Assembly (NCBI GenBank): GCA_049599475.1
Contig: JBMYOQ010000006.1
Location: 32,001-96,000, forward strand
Source of the DNA: Opitutales bacterium
GTDB lineage: Bacteria; Verrucomicrobiota; Verrucomicrobiia; Opitutales; JABSRG01
Direction of reading: 5' to 3'
DNA: 64,000 nucleotides
This document shows positions 9,458 through 19,668 of this stretch, piece after piece (positions within the stretch are counted from its first letter, which is position 1; every line of letters begins with the position of its first letter). Made by a program: the position numbers and the translations under genes. The notes beneath the pieces were generated by a model that saw only the letters and a list, made by a program, of their open reading frames with translations, was not told the DNA's origin and did no database searches.

Positions 9458-10609
9458 TTATGGCCGATGTTTCTTGCGAAAAGCCATAGGTGTCATGCCG
9501 AACTGTTTTTTGAAAAGCCGGGCGACATTGGTATCCGAATCATAGCCCATGGAGTAGGCGATTTCGGAGACAGTGAGATCGGTTCCTAGGAGGAGTTTTG
9601 AGAAATGGTCGAGTCGTCGGTCGCGGATGAATGCAGAGATACTCTTGCCGGTTGCACTGTCGAAGCGCGTGTAAAGTCCGCGTCGTGAAAGGCTTACCTG
9701 AGCGACTACATCGTCGACCCCAATCGGATAATTGATGTGCTCGGTTATGTATGAAATAGCGCGCGCCACCTCGGGGTCGTGGGTCTCGTTAGGATCAGTA
9801 GATCGACGGGCAACCACGCGTAGGGGCTCGATCACGATGTCGTTGCGGACAGGCTTCCCCTTCATCATCTCGGCGAGCTGTTTCGCTGCCTCGTATCCCG
9901 CCTTTTTGAGATTGAGTTCAATGCTACTCAGCGGAGTGGAGGTCAGTTTGAAGATGGATTCATCGTTACCCACGCCGATTAATGCGATCTCGTCCGGAAT
10001 GGAACGTCCTATGGCGATACAGGCCTCCTGGATCAGCAGAGCAAAATCGTCGTTGCAAGCCATGATGCCGGTGCGATCGGGTAGGCTTTTGAGCCAGGTC
10101 TGTAGCTTGCTAGAGTCCGAGCTCCATCCGAGAAATTCATCTCCTTGCGGGCTTTCAAATAAGTGCACTTCATGCCCGAATTCCTTTACCTGCTCAATGA
10201 ATCCCTGTTGCCGGTGGCGCGACCAAAAAAACAGCTCGCTGATACCGCTGAAGGCGAAGCTACGACAGCCGATTTCGTGAAGGTGCCGCGCGGCTATGCG
10301 TCCGGCTTGGTAATCGTCTACGATAATGTGGCTGAGTCCCGGGCGATATTGGGTGGCCGGACTGTAAATAATGGGAATGTCCAGGCCCAGGACTTCGTCG
10401 AAAATATGCGGAGAACTCTCACGCACAATTAGTGCATTCGGGGCCCATTTGCGAATAAGGTCTGAGGGCGTATCTTTCTCTTCAGGAAGATAGGAAACGT
10501 TCCGATAGAACTGCCAGGGTCCGTGGAGGTTGGAATACTCAGCGATCCCGCTCAACAACTCACGCTCATAGTTTCGCACGCCTTGGATCAGGAGGGCGAT
10601 CTTGGGCAT
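9458..10609 (-). CDS. XylR-type transcriptional regulator (LacI-like sugar-binding domain plus AraC HTH)
   Basis: GIMACNDD, IPDEIALIGVGND, LSSI and RRSTD motifs, then a C-terminal AraC HTH (FKKQFGMTP). Confidence 0.92.
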   Translation of the reverse strand: MPKIALLIQGVRNYERELLSGIAEYSNLHGPWQFYRNVSYLPEEKDTPSDLIRKWAPNALIVRESSPHIFDEVLGLDIPIIYSPATQYRPGLSHIIVDDYQAGRIAARHLHEIGCRSFAFSGISELFFWSRHRQQGFIEQVKEFGHEVHLFESPQGDEFLGWSSDSSKLQTWLKSLPDRTGIMACNDDFALLIQEACIAIGRSIPDEIALIGVGNDESIFKLTSTPLSSIELNLKKAGYEAAKQLAEMMKGKPVRNDIVIEPLRVVARRSTDPNETHDPEVARAISYITEHINYPIGVDDVVAQVSLSRRGLYTRFDSATGKSISAFIRDRRLDHFSKLLLGTDLTVSEIAYSMGYDSDTNVARLFKKQFGMTPMAFRKKHRP

Positions 10610-10672
10610 AAACAGCTCTTTGGGGGCCATCTTTTTATACAACATTATCGCAAATCAGCTATCAACTTTTTT

Positions 10673-10701
10673 TGCACGAATTGAAGATAAGCATGCACGG
10701 C
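10673..10701 (+). promoter_or_regulatory. Putative AraC/XylR operator, site 1
   Basis: TGCAC-N4-TGAAGAT-N5-TGCACGGC; the same motif recurs at 12550-12578. Confidence 0.65.
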
Positions 10702-10816
10702 CCGAGGTTGGTGCTTTCGTGTCTCTCTGCTATAAATGTCAGCCGCCCGATTATTTTTTATCCGAAACTTCCAGCGCGTGAGCGATTCCAATTCTTCAAC
10801 ACCCCAGTCTGCGTCC

Positions 10817-12502
10817 ATGAACCCCAAGATCGAGGCGCATCGCCAGATTATACTCGAGGGTAAGTCGAAGGGGCGGGCAGCGACGATGCTCGCTTACGCA
10901 CGCCTGTCGGGGCCGGGTTGGCTGCAGAGTGCTATCACTTTGGGTGGAGGGTCTCTGGCGAATTCGCTTTATCTCGGCGTTCTTGGGGGCATGGCCTTCC
11001 TCTGGCTGCAGCCAATGGCGATGGTGTTTGGGATCGTCATGATGAGTGCGATCGCCTACGTCACTTTGTCCACGGAAAAGCGGCCACTTCGGGAGATCAA
11101 CAAGCATATCAGCCCCGTTTTGGGCTGGGGGTGGCTCATCGCTTCGATGATGGCGAATTTGGTGTGGTCAATGCCGCAATTTGCTCTGGCGGTGGCGGCG
11201 ATCCGGCAGAATTTATTGCCTGGCGTTTTGGGCCCAGAGGCGATGCCGGACGAAATGGGCAAAACGATTGCGGCAGTCGCAGTCCTGCTCGTGGTCCTTG
11301 TGAATGTATTAATTTATAATATGGGCGGCCGAGGCGTTAAGATCTTTGAAGGTCTGATGCAGGCGATGGTCGGCGCCATTGTGCTCTCTTTCTTTGGGGT
11401 GGTAATACGCCTGGTCGTCGCGGGGCAAGTCGATTGGGGTGCCCTCTTCAAAGGCCTGGTGCCGACTCTGAGTGGGCTCTTTAAGCCGGCGGAAACATTT
11501 GCCCCATTCCTGGATGCCTTGTCGGAAGGGGGCCGTCTCTTTTGGGAGGATCTGATCGTGCGCCAGCAACGCGATGTAATTATCGGAGCGGCGGCGTCTG
11601 CGGTGGGGATCAATATGACTTTCCTCCTGCCGTATTCGATGCTGCGCAAAGGGTGGGGGCGTGATTTTCGCGGTCTGGCCATTTTTGATCTCTCGACGGG
11701 TCTGCTGATTCCTTATGTCTTGGCGACTGCGTGTGTGGTGATTGCCTCATCTTCGCAGTTTCATGCGCAGCCTGCTCCGGGCTTTTTAGGGGAAACTGAT
11801 GAGCGGGGTGCGCTGATTGAACCGGCTGCGAATTTGGTGGGACCATTCAATGGTCTATTGAAGCAACGCCTGGAGGCGGATCTTGGGTCCGATGTGTTTA
11901 CTGCACTCAGTGAAGATCAAGTTGAGTCCAAAATTGCAGAAATGCCGGTGGCCGAACGATCGATGGCGGCGATGCTGGTGAAGCGAGACGCCTTTAATCT
12001 AGCTGCCACCTTGGAGCCTCTTGTGGGCTCGACGATTGCCAACTACCTATTCGGGATTGGCATACTCGGTATGGCTTTGAGTTCGTGCGCGATGCTCATG
12101 CTGGTGAATGGTCTGTGCTATTGTGAGCTGGTCAATAAACCCGCGAGCGGCCGTCCCCAGCAGATTGGTTCTTTGATGGTCTGTGTCGGTGTCCTTGGAC
12201 CGTTCCTGTGGTCGGGCGATGCGAAGCTCTGGTTGGCGGTGCCGACCTCGGCCTTTGCGATGATACTGCTTCCAATCGCCTATGCCGTCTTTGCCCTGCT
12301 GATGAACAATAAGACGATCCTCGGGAAGGATATGCCGTCGGGCCCGATGCGAATTTTCTGGAATGTCCTGATGGCAGGTTCCTGCACATTTGCTGCAGTT
12401 GGAAGTATCTGGCTGCTCTGGGCGACCTTGCAGTGGATGGGCATTGTGCTCTTTCTGGCTTTCATCGGAATCGTTGTAATGACGCGTAAAAAGCCGAATT
12501 GA
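10817..12502 (+). CDS. NRAMP-like (APC superfamily) membrane transporter
   Basis: GPGWLQSAITLGGGS and AVGINMTFLLPYS motifs; many TM helices. Start placed at MNPKIE. Confidence 0.8.
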   Translation: MNPKIEAHRQIILEGKSKGRAATMLAYARLSGPGWLQSAITLGGGSLANSLYLGVLGGMAFLWLQPMAMVFGIVMMSAIAYVTLSTEKRPLREINKHISPVLGWGWLIASMMANLVWSMPQFALAVAAIRQNLLPGVLGPEAMPDEMGKTIAAVAVLLVVLVNVLIYNMGGRGVKIFEGLMQAMVGAIVLSFFGVVIRLVVAGQVDWGALFKGLVPTLSGLFKPAETFAPFLDALSEGGRLFWEDLIVRQQRDVIIGAAASAVGINMTFLLPYSMLRKGWGRDFRGLAIFDLSTGLLIPYVLATACVVIASSSQFHAQPAPGFLGETDERGALIEPAANLVGPFNGLLKQRLEADLGSDVFTALSEDQVESKIAEMPVAERSMAAMLVKRDAFNLAATLEPLVGSTIANYLFGIGILGMALSSCAMLMLVNGLCYCELVNKPASGRPQQIGSLMVCVGVLGPFLWSGDAKLWLAVPTSAFAMILLPIAYAVFALLMNNKTILGKDMPSGPMRIFWNVLMAGSCTFAAVGSIWLLWATLQWMGIVLFLAFIGIVVMTRKKPN

Positions 12503-12549
12503 GCGACTTTGATGAACACGCTTCGTTAAAAAGCTACAGATTTATGTTA

Positions 12550-12578
12550 TGCACAATATGAAGATTTAAGTGCACGGC
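12550..12578 (+). promoter_or_regulatory. Putative AraC/XylR operator, site 2
   Basis: TGCACAATATGAAGATTTAAGTGCACGGC matches the layout of site 1. Confidence 0.65.
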
Positions 12579-12669
12579 AGGAGGTGGTGTTAAAACCATA
12601 AATAGGCTATTCTTCTCTCAGTTCGCCTGAAATAGGACGCGATTACTTTAAACCTCAAAACTATCGAAA

Positions 12670-13494
12670 ATGGGAAAAATTGGAATTGGACTGAATCTCG
12701 AAGCGGTTCGCACTGCGCACAAGAGTTTCGAGTGGGGCTGCGAATTTGCGGCGGATTTAGGATATGAGTATCTGGAGCCGATGGTGCACTGGGGTCGTGA
12801 GCTCCTGAGTGAAGCACGTTATTTCCACAGTGTGTCTATGCTGGATGATCCATACCGCGTGAAGGATACGGTCGAGAAGCATGGCTTAAAGCTCTCCGCC
12901 CTGTCATCTCACAGCCAGGCTTCGAAGCCCGAGATCGCAGTCGAGTATTTGAAGCAGGCGGCCCGATTTGCCGCGGAATGTGGTGCACCGATCATCAATA
13001 CGCACGAGGGACATAAGCAGCCGTGGACCACCGAAGAAGAAGATTTTGTGCTGATCAAATACTCGCTGACGGAGGCCTTGAAGGTCTGCGAGCGCCGCGG
13101 GATCAAAATTGGTTTCGAAATGCACCAGACTTATTCGTTGAAGCCGGAGCTCTATGATAAATGCTTGAGCTTGGTCGATTCGCCAAATCTCGGAGCCAAC
13201 TACGATACCGGTAATGCTCACTTGGGTGGAATCGACGCGGTGGAATGGTTTGATCGGGTAAAGGACCGTGTTATCCACGTGCACGCTAAGGATATCTCCA
13301 TTGAGCAATCCGATAAAGAGCGCGGCAAAGTGATGGGAACTGCGGTCGGATGTGCCTGTGGCGATGGTGTTGTCGATTATCCCGCGATCTTTGAAATCTG
13401 CCGCGATCTGCCGCAGGATATCGTGTTCAGCGTGGAGTGTGAAACGCTCGAGCAAGCGGAGCGAAGCATTAAGTACTTTAAGAGCATTCTCTAA
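12670..13494 (+). CDS. Sugar phosphate isomerase/epimerase (xylose-isomerase-like TIM barrel)
   Basis: FEMH, YDTGN, HVHAKD, GDGVVD and SVE metal-ligand motifs. Confidence 0.9.
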   Translation: MGKIGIGLNLEAVRTAHKSFEWGCEFAADLGYEYLEPMVHWGRELLSEARYFHSVSMLDDPYRVKDTVEKHGLKLSALSSHSQASKPEIAVEYLKQAARFAAECGAPIINTHEGHKQPWTTEEEDFVLIKYSLTEALKVCERRGIKIGFEMHQTYSLKPELYDKCLSLVDSPNLGANYDTGNAHLGGIDAVEWFDRVKDRVIHVHAKDISIEQSDKERGKVMGTAVGCACGDGVVDYPAIFEICRDLPQDIVFSVECETLEQAERSIKYFKSIL

Positions 13495-13503
13495 GCGAAT
13501 CGC

Positions 13504-14142
13504 TCAGCCGGCTATCTCAACTATACGCCGGATTACCGTCTTGGAAATAAGCAGCCAAGGATGCAAGGGGGCCCAGTGTATTTCGCACTGGGCCTTTTTC
13601 CATATAGAATTCGTGGACGGAATGATCATGAGATCGAGGGGTGTCCACAGTGAATAGATCGGTAGGCTGTCGGGGAGTCGGTCCTCGCTGGCTTTAAGCT
13701 GCTTCAGAAAGCGACTGGTTGGGCGCATGTCGCGAGAGCCTTTTCCTGGATAGAAATAGGTCAATAGGGAGCCGTGGTGGGGGCTGCCGAAGGTAACGAA
13801 TGTCTTGGGCCAATGGGGAACGCCGTGGTTTTGCAGCAGGGCGCGGCAGACGATACCGCCCATGCTAAAACCGGCGAGAATCCACGGGCGATCAGAGCTC
13901 TGGCCGATATTGTTCTGCTCCATGTAGGCGGATATTTGGGCGGCCAGCTCGTCCATGCTGAAAGTCCCGTAAGGAGGGCTCATGCTGGGGGTGTAGACAT
14001 TCCATCCTGCTGTGCTGAGGGCCTGTGTCATGGGCCTGAACACATCTCCCTTGTTGAAAATTCCATGAAGTAGGAGGGCATCTCCTTTACACGGAATATC
14101 CGGATTTGCAGGGGTCCGCATCTCTGGTTGAACGAGATTCAT
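13504..14142 (-). CDS. Alpha/beta hydrolase (lipase/esterase)
   Basis: LLHGI, GFSMGG nucleophile elbow, SPHHGS, DLMIIP and catalytic His (LHPWL). Confidence 0.88.
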   Translation of the reverse strand: MNLVQPEMRTPANPDIPCKGDALLLHGIFNKGDVFRPMTQALSTAGWNVYTPSMSPPYGTFSMDELAAQISAYMEQNNIGQSSDRPWILAGFSMGGIVCRALLQNHGVPHWPKTFVTFGSPHHGSLLTYFYPGKGSRDMRPTSRFLKQLKASEDRLPDSLPIYSLWTPLDLMIIPSTNSIWKKAQCEIHWAPLHPWLLISKTVIRRIVEIAG

Positions 14143-14177
14143 ATTGGAAAAATGTGAGTTCCTGAGTTTGTTTTCGG

Positions 14178-14822
14178 ATGCGATGGGGATTGGATGGTGC
14201 GCGAGGCGGATGGGTTTTAGCAAGGCTGGATCCTGATTGCTCAAGCGGTGCCCAGGTTTTCTTTTGTGTATCCCTGGCGGAGGTCGAGCAGAGGACACTG
14301 GACGACGCCCTGCATGTCGACATGCCGATTGGCTTAGCGACGGCGTCCAGTCCTCAGAGAGATTGGGATTTGCGTGCGCGGCAGCTGCTCAAAGGCCGCC
14401 TGACTAGTCGTGTGTTTACGCCGCCGATCCGCGAGGTTGTTGGGTGTGGGACATACGCTGAGGCCAATGCTTTGTCGAAAAAACTGATTGGAAAGGGCCT
14501 ATCTGTTCAGGCTTGGAATATTGTGCCTAAAATCCGTGAGTTGGACGCGTTTCTCGAGGCAAATACTCGATTGCGCACGCTGTGGCATGAGGCTCACCCA
14601 GAAATCGCGTTCTCCTTGTTGAATGAGGGTAAGCCGATACTTGAGTCGAAGAAGTTGGCTGAGGGGCTTCAGATTCGTAAGGGTCTCTTGCGCCGATCAT
14701 TCGCTGTCTGCTTCGACGAGGTTTGGGATGGCTTGAGCCTGGATCGCGCTGGCGGTCGTTTCGGAAAAGACGACATCCTGGATGCCCTGGCCCTATCCGC
14801 GGCGGATTCGGCTTTTACTTGA
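14178..14822 (+). CDS. DUF429 family protein (predicted RNase H-fold nuclease)
   Basis: GLDGARGGW, VDMPIGL, EAHPE and DDILDA motifs. Confidence 0.85.
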   Translation: MRWGLDGARGGWVLARLDPDCSSGAQVFFCVSLAEVEQRTLDDALHVDMPIGLATASSPQRDWDLRARQLLKGRLTSRVFTPPIREVVGCGTYAEANALSKKLIGKGLSVQAWNIVPKIRELDAFLEANTRLRTLWHEAHPEIAFSLLNEGKPILESKKLAEGLQIRKGLLRRSFAVCFDEVWDGLSLDRAGGRFGKDDILDALALSAADSAFT

Positions 14823-14861
14823 AACAAATAAAGTACATCGTGCGTTGTTTTTACTCTGTTG

Positions 14862-16073
14862 ATGAGCCTCAAATACCCTGTAGTTCGCCCGTTGGCCAGA
14901 TCGTTCATATTCCTGAATTCATTGATTGTGATGATACTCATGAGTGGCTGTGGCGATTCAGCTCAGTCGGAGCCTGTGGTAGGTGCAGGCAAAGAAACCG
15001 CTTCCCAGCCCGTCGAGCCGCCTGAAGGCATGGTCTATATCCCTGGCGGGAGTTTTATGATGGGGGGCGATGCTGGCGAAATGGGTGGCGATTCTAATTC
15101 GCACCAGACCTCGTATCCGATCCGCGATGTATATGTAGACTCTTTTTGGATGGATGCTACGGAGGTCACGAATCGGCAATTTGCCGAATTTGTCGAGGCC
15201 ACGGGCTATGTGACATTTGCTGAGCGCCCGCTGCCCGAAGAGGTGGTTCTGGAGTATACACAGATGGCCGAGGCAAACCTCGCGCGGATGAAGCGAGATC
15301 TGGACTTTGTCGACGATGCTCAGCGGCCCGAATTGGAGGCGGCAATTGAGCGCTTAAAGCAGACGGTGGAGACTCTACATCTCTCTGGTGCTATTTTATT
15401 TAAACAGCCCGAAGGGGCGCTTTTTAGCGAAAATGACACCAGTCAGTGGTGGCAAGTTGTCCCGGGAGCGACCTGGAAAACGCCGAGCGGGCCTGGATCG
15501 AGTATTGAGGGCTTAGAGGACCATCCAGTGGTGAATGTAACGCACGAAGATGCTGCGGCATACGCGAAATGGGCGGGGAAACGCCTGCCAACTGAGGCCG
15601 AATGGGAGAAGGCCGCGCGGGGTGGATTGCTGCGGAAACCTTTCGTCTGGGGCGATGATTTTTCGCCGATGGGAGAAGAGGTGTGGATGGCGAATATTTG
15701 GCAGGGCGCTTGGCCGTATCAGAATACAGCCGAGGACGGTTATGAGCTGACATCGCCCGTGAAAAGTTTTCCGCCCAACGCATATGGCCTTTATGACATC
15801 GCCGGCAATGTCTGGGAGATCGTCGGCGACCTTTACCACCCGCATGCCTATGAAATGCGTGAGCCAGGAGCAATCAATCCGACTGGGCCGACTGCTCGAC
15901 AGGTAGCCTACCCTGGGCAAAGGCTAGTTCGACATATCACGCGCGGTGGTTCCTTTTTGTGTTCAGACGGCTGGTGCAAAGGGTATCAGCCGGGTTCCCG
16001 CCAACCTATCGACAATGAATCGCCAGCAAATCACACCGGATTTCGCTGTGTGAAAGACATCCCTAAAACTTAA
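14862..16073 (+). CDS. Formylglycine-generating enzyme (SUMF1/FGE family), predicted lipoprotein
   Basis: RLPTEAEWE, GNVWE, RGGSFLCSDGWC (both catalytic Cys) and HTGFRC motifs; LMSGC lipobox. Confidence 0.9.
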   Translation: MSLKYPVVRPLARSFIFLNSLIVMILMSGCGDSAQSEPVVGAGKETASQPVEPPEGMVYIPGGSFMMGGDAGEMGGDSNSHQTSYPIRDVYVDSFWMDATEVTNRQFAEFVEATGYVTFAERPLPEEVVLEYTQMAEANLARMKRDLDFVDDAQRPELEAAIERLKQTVETLHLSGAILFKQPEGALFSENDTSQWWQVVPGATWKTPSGPGSSIEGLEDHPVVNVTHEDAAAYAKWAGKRLPTEAEWEKAARGGLLRKPFVWGDDFSPMGEEVWMANIWQGAWPYQNTAEDGYELTSPVKSFPPNAYGLYDIAGNVWEIVGDLYHPHAYEMREPGAINPTGPTARQVAYPGQRLVRHITRGGSFLCSDGWCKGYQPGSRQPIDNESPANHTGFRCVKDIPKT

Positions 16074-16140
16074 TCCAAGTTGAGGTGTTTGATTGATTGT
16101 AAATTGTAAACATAAAAGTCCGGTCCCCTCCTCCTGAACT

Positions 16141-17730
16141 ATGAAAATATCATCTTTACTCCTACCCGCGATGCTCTCATTGGGCGCCGCTTTCAATCTT
16201 CACGCTAAGGAGCGGCCCAATATCGTATGGATCTTCTCCGATGATCATACCAATCAGGCCATCGGGGCATATGGCGGACCCTTAGCGGCTGTGAATCCGA
16301 CGCCGAATATTGATCGACTCTTCGAAGAGGGCATGCGCTTTGATCATTGCTATGTGGGCAACTCTATCTGCGCTCCCGCGCGTGCGACGCTGCTTACCGG
16401 AAAGCACAGCCATATTCACGGTAAAATCGATAATCACAACCAGTTCGATCACAGCCAAATGCAGTTTCAGAAATTGCTGCAAAAGGGAGGATACCAGACT
16501 GCGATGATTGGCAAAATTCATCTGAGTGGCCCGATGCAAGGCTTCGATTATTGGGAAGTGCTTCCGGGGCAAGGATCATATTATCAGCCGGAATTCCGTA
16601 GTCCCGAAGGAAAGAAATTCTACGAAGGCTATGTCGCCGATATCATTACTGATAAGGCTATCGAATGGATGGCTACCAAGCGCGATGAAGAAAAGCCGTT
16701 TATGGTGATGGTTCATCACAAGGGTACGCACCGCACTTGGAAGGCTGCGCCGCGCCACGTAGGGCTTTATGATGATATGGATCTGCCTATTCCTGATACG
16801 CTCTTCGATGATTACTCGGGGCGTGGTGTTGCGGCAGCAGGATCGGATATGTCGATTAAAGAGACAATGCGTCCAGAGCCAGATTTGAAAATTCGTTCAG
16901 AAGCCGACAAGGCCAAGGGCTTTAAGCAATGGGCAGAGCACAAATACCCGTGGGGTGAAAAGGGTGCGTATTACCGCATGAATGACGAGCAGCGCAAGGT
17001 GTGGGATATTGCCTATGATCCTCGTAACCAAGCGTTTTTCGACGCGAACTACGAAGAAGGCAGTAAGGAGTGGATCGAATGGCGTTACCAGCGCTATGTT
17101 AAGGACTATCTACGCACAGCAAAGAGTATCGACGAAAGCGTCGGCGCAATTTTGGACTATCTGGAAAAAACGGGCTTAGCAGAAAACACAATTGTCATGT
17201 ATTCTTCCGATCAAGGGTTCTACCTCGGAGAGCACGGCTGGTTCGACAAGCGCTTCATGTATGAGGAATCCTTCCGCACGCCCCTTCTTGCGCGCTGGCC
17301 TGGAAAAATTCGCCCAGGGTCTGTTAATAAAGACCTGGTGCAAAATATTGATTTTGCTGAGACATTTCTCGATCTCGCGGGCCTCGAAGCTCCGGAGGAT
17401 ATGCAGGGCGAGAGCATTGTTCCTTTATTGAAGGGTGAAAGGCCTGCTGATTGGCGTGAAGCTCTGTATTACCACTACTACGAGTATCCGGGTATTCACA
17501 GCGTGCGGCGCCATGAAGGCGTAACAGATGGTCGCTGGAAGCTTATCCGCTTCTATGGTCCAGATGTGCCAAGCGGGGAAGAGTTCGAATTGTTCGATAC
17601 AAAAAATGACCCTTCAGAAATGACGAGCGTGTATGCTAATCCTGAGAATGCGAGTACTGTAGAACGCTTGAAAAAGAAACTTTCTGAACTGAAAGAAAAA
17701 TACGAAGTGCCTGAGGAAACGAGCGCCTAG
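16141..17730 (+). CDS. Sulfatase (S1 family), secreted
   Basis: Signal peptide; FSDDH, CAPARATLLTGK and SDQGFYLGEHGWFDKR motifs. Confidence 0.95.
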   Translation: MKISSLLLPAMLSLGAAFNLHAKERPNIVWIFSDDHTNQAIGAYGGPLAAVNPTPNIDRLFEEGMRFDHCYVGNSICAPARATLLTGKHSHIHGKIDNHNQFDHSQMQFQKLLQKGGYQTAMIGKIHLSGPMQGFDYWEVLPGQGSYYQPEFRSPEGKKFYEGYVADIITDKAIEWMATKRDEEKPFMVMVHHKGTHRTWKAAPRHVGLYDDMDLPIPDTLFDDYSGRGVAAAGSDMSIKETMRPEPDLKIRSEADKAKGFKQWAEHKYPWGEKGAYYRMNDEQRKVWDIAYDPRNQAFFDANYEEGSKEWIEWRYQRYVKDYLRTAKSIDESVGAILDYLEKTGLAENTIVMYSSDQGFYLGEHGWFDKRFMYEESFRTPLLARWPGKIRPGSVNKDLVQNIDFAETFLDLAGLEAPEDMQGESIVPLLKGERPADWREALYYHYYEYPGIHSVRRHEGVTDGRWKLIRFYGPDVPSGEEFELFDTKNDPSEMTSVYANPENASTVERLKKKLSELKEKYEVPEETSA

Positions 17731-17788
17731 GTGCTCGTTTTTCATTCATTCTGAAGAGACAATCAATCTAACAGTCTAGGGAGTTCCG

Positions 17789-19651
17789 ATGCAAAAACGT
17801 TTATTTATTATACTATCACTGGCAATTACGTCTATCTGGGCGAAGGGCGAAACTGAACGCCCTAATGTTCTCTGGATTGTGAGTGAGGACAATGGGCAGT
17901 TACTTGGTTGTTATGGTGATGAAAATGCGAATACGCCGCATTTAGATAAGTTGGCAACAAACGGCATACGCTACACGAACTCGTATGCGAATGCGCCCGT
18001 TTGTGCGGTGGCGCGAAGTAGTTGGATTTTTGGGACTCCCGCAGTTTCCACGGGAACACTCCATATGCGTTCTAAGTATTTGGTACCTCGTGACACTTTC
18101 AGGGCCTACCCTGAGGTGTTTCGAGACGCCGGATACTATGTGACGAACAATTCTAAGACCGATTACAACACGCACTCGATCGATTCAAAGAAAATATGGC
18201 ATGAGTCTTCTAGGAAAGCTCACTACAAGAATCGTGAAGAAGGCCAGCCCTTCTTTGCTATTTTCAATATCGGTCAATCGCATGAAAGTGGAATCTTTAA
18301 AGCGGCTTCGAGACAGTCTGAGAATTTTCGTGTAAAACCTGAGGATGTGAACTTGCCTCCATATCAGGCGGACACCCCAGAGACGCGCAAAGACTGGCAA
18401 TTTTATTACGAGCGGCTAGAACTAATGGATGAGCTGGTCGGAAAACGAATCTCCGAATTGGAGGAGCTCGGTGTGGCGGAGAATACGATTATTCTGTATT
18501 GTTCCGATCATGGCGGAATTACGCTCCGAAGTAAGCGCTTCCTTCACGACTCAGGCACGCGTATCCCATTGATCGCATACTTTCCTGAGAAATGGAAGCA
18601 CCTGGCGCCGGAAGAAGCAGGGACTGTGTCGGATCGCTTGGTTCAGTTTATAGATATGCCGAAAACATGGCTTAATCTAGCTGGTATCGAAGCCCCAGAT
18701 ACAATGACTGGTAATGTATTCCTTGGGGAAAATGTAGATCCTCCACCTGATAGCGTCTTTTTATTTTCGGGCCGGTTTGACGAATCTCCTGATAACTCGC
18801 GAGCGGTCACGGATGGTCGCTGGAAGTATATCCGTAATTTTGAGTCGGATCGGCTGCGCTTTCAAATGCTCACATATCCCATGCGTCACGAGGGGCAGCG
18901 GAGTCAGTGGGAGGCCTACGATTCGGGTGACTTGAACGCGCATCAATCCGCTCAATACATGCCTCAGCCTGCAGAAGAGCTCTACGACACGCTCAATGAT
19001 CCGCATGAAGTGAATAATTTGGCTGCCAACGAGCCCGCGATATTGGCGAAGATGCGTGAGCGCTTGCGCGAGCATGTGTTCGAGAATCGCGACTTGGGAT
19101 TTATTCCGGAGCCTTTGATGGTGCGTATCAATGAATCGGCCAGCACAACTATTTTTGAATGGGGGCAGTCGGAGGCAAATTATCCCCTCGAGCGCGTGTA
19201 TGATTTGGCGCTCAAGGCTTCGGACAAAAATCCTGAAAACCTGAATACATTTATCGCTGTTCTCTCTGATCCCAACACAAGCATTCGCTATTGGGGTGCA
19301 GTCGGGATACGCGCCTTGGGCGAAAACGCAAAGCCTGCCCAGGGTGCTTTGAGAAAAGCACTCCGGGATGAAGCGCTTTCTGTGAGAATACCCGCCGCGG
19401 TCGCTCTGGCCAAGCAAGGGGCGCGTGATGAGATGCTGGCGTTTCTACTCGAAGCGTTTAAGTCCGCCGAAAATGACATTCAAGGTGCTTGGGCCTTGGA
19501 TGGTATCAAGCTTTTGGATGCGCCAGAAGTGCTTCAAGCGCATGATCCCGCCAAACTCCTAGCGCTGGCGAAGGGAAATTATTCCAAGCGCATTATCGAG
19601 GTGCTTCTGGCTGAGGGTTCGGCCTACAAAATGCCGAATAAGAAGCTGTAG
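17789..19651 (+). CDS. Sulfatase (S1 family) with C-terminal HEAT-like repeats, secreted
   Basis: SED, CAVARS and SDHG motifs; C-terminal IRYWGAVG and VRIPAAVAL repeats. Confidence 0.93.
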   Translation: MQKRLFIILSLAITSIWAKGETERPNVLWIVSEDNGQLLGCYGDENANTPHLDKLATNGIRYTNSYANAPVCAVARSSWIFGTPAVSTGTLHMRSKYLVPRDTFRAYPEVFRDAGYYVTNNSKTDYNTHSIDSKKIWHESSRKAHYKNREEGQPFFAIFNIGQSHESGIFKAASRQSENFRVKPEDVNLPPYQADTPETRKDWQFYYERLELMDELVGKRISELEELGVAENTIILYCSDHGGITLRSKRFLHDSGTRIPLIAYFPEKWKHLAPEEAGTVSDRLVQFIDMPKTWLNLAGIEAPDTMTGNVFLGENVDPPPDSVFLFSGRFDESPDNSRAVTDGRWKYIRNFESDRLRFQMLTYPMRHEGQRSQWEAYDSGDLNAHQSAQYMPQPAEELYDTLNDPHEVNNLAANEPAILAKMRERLREHVFENRDLGFIPEPLMVRINESASTTIFEWGQSEANYPLERVYDLALKASDKNPENLNTFIAVLSDPNTSIRYWGAVGIRALGENAKPAQGALRKALRDEALSVRIPAAVALAKQGARDEMLAFLLEAFKSAENDIQGAWALDGIKLLDAPEVLQAHDPAKLLALAKGNYSKRIIEVLLAEGSAYKMPNKKL

Positions 19652-19668
19652 AGGGGCGAAGGTGTTTC

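Noticed and set aside
14178..14822. DUF429 predicted nuclease as part of a defence system
   Set aside because: Stand-alone gene with no defence-type neighbours.
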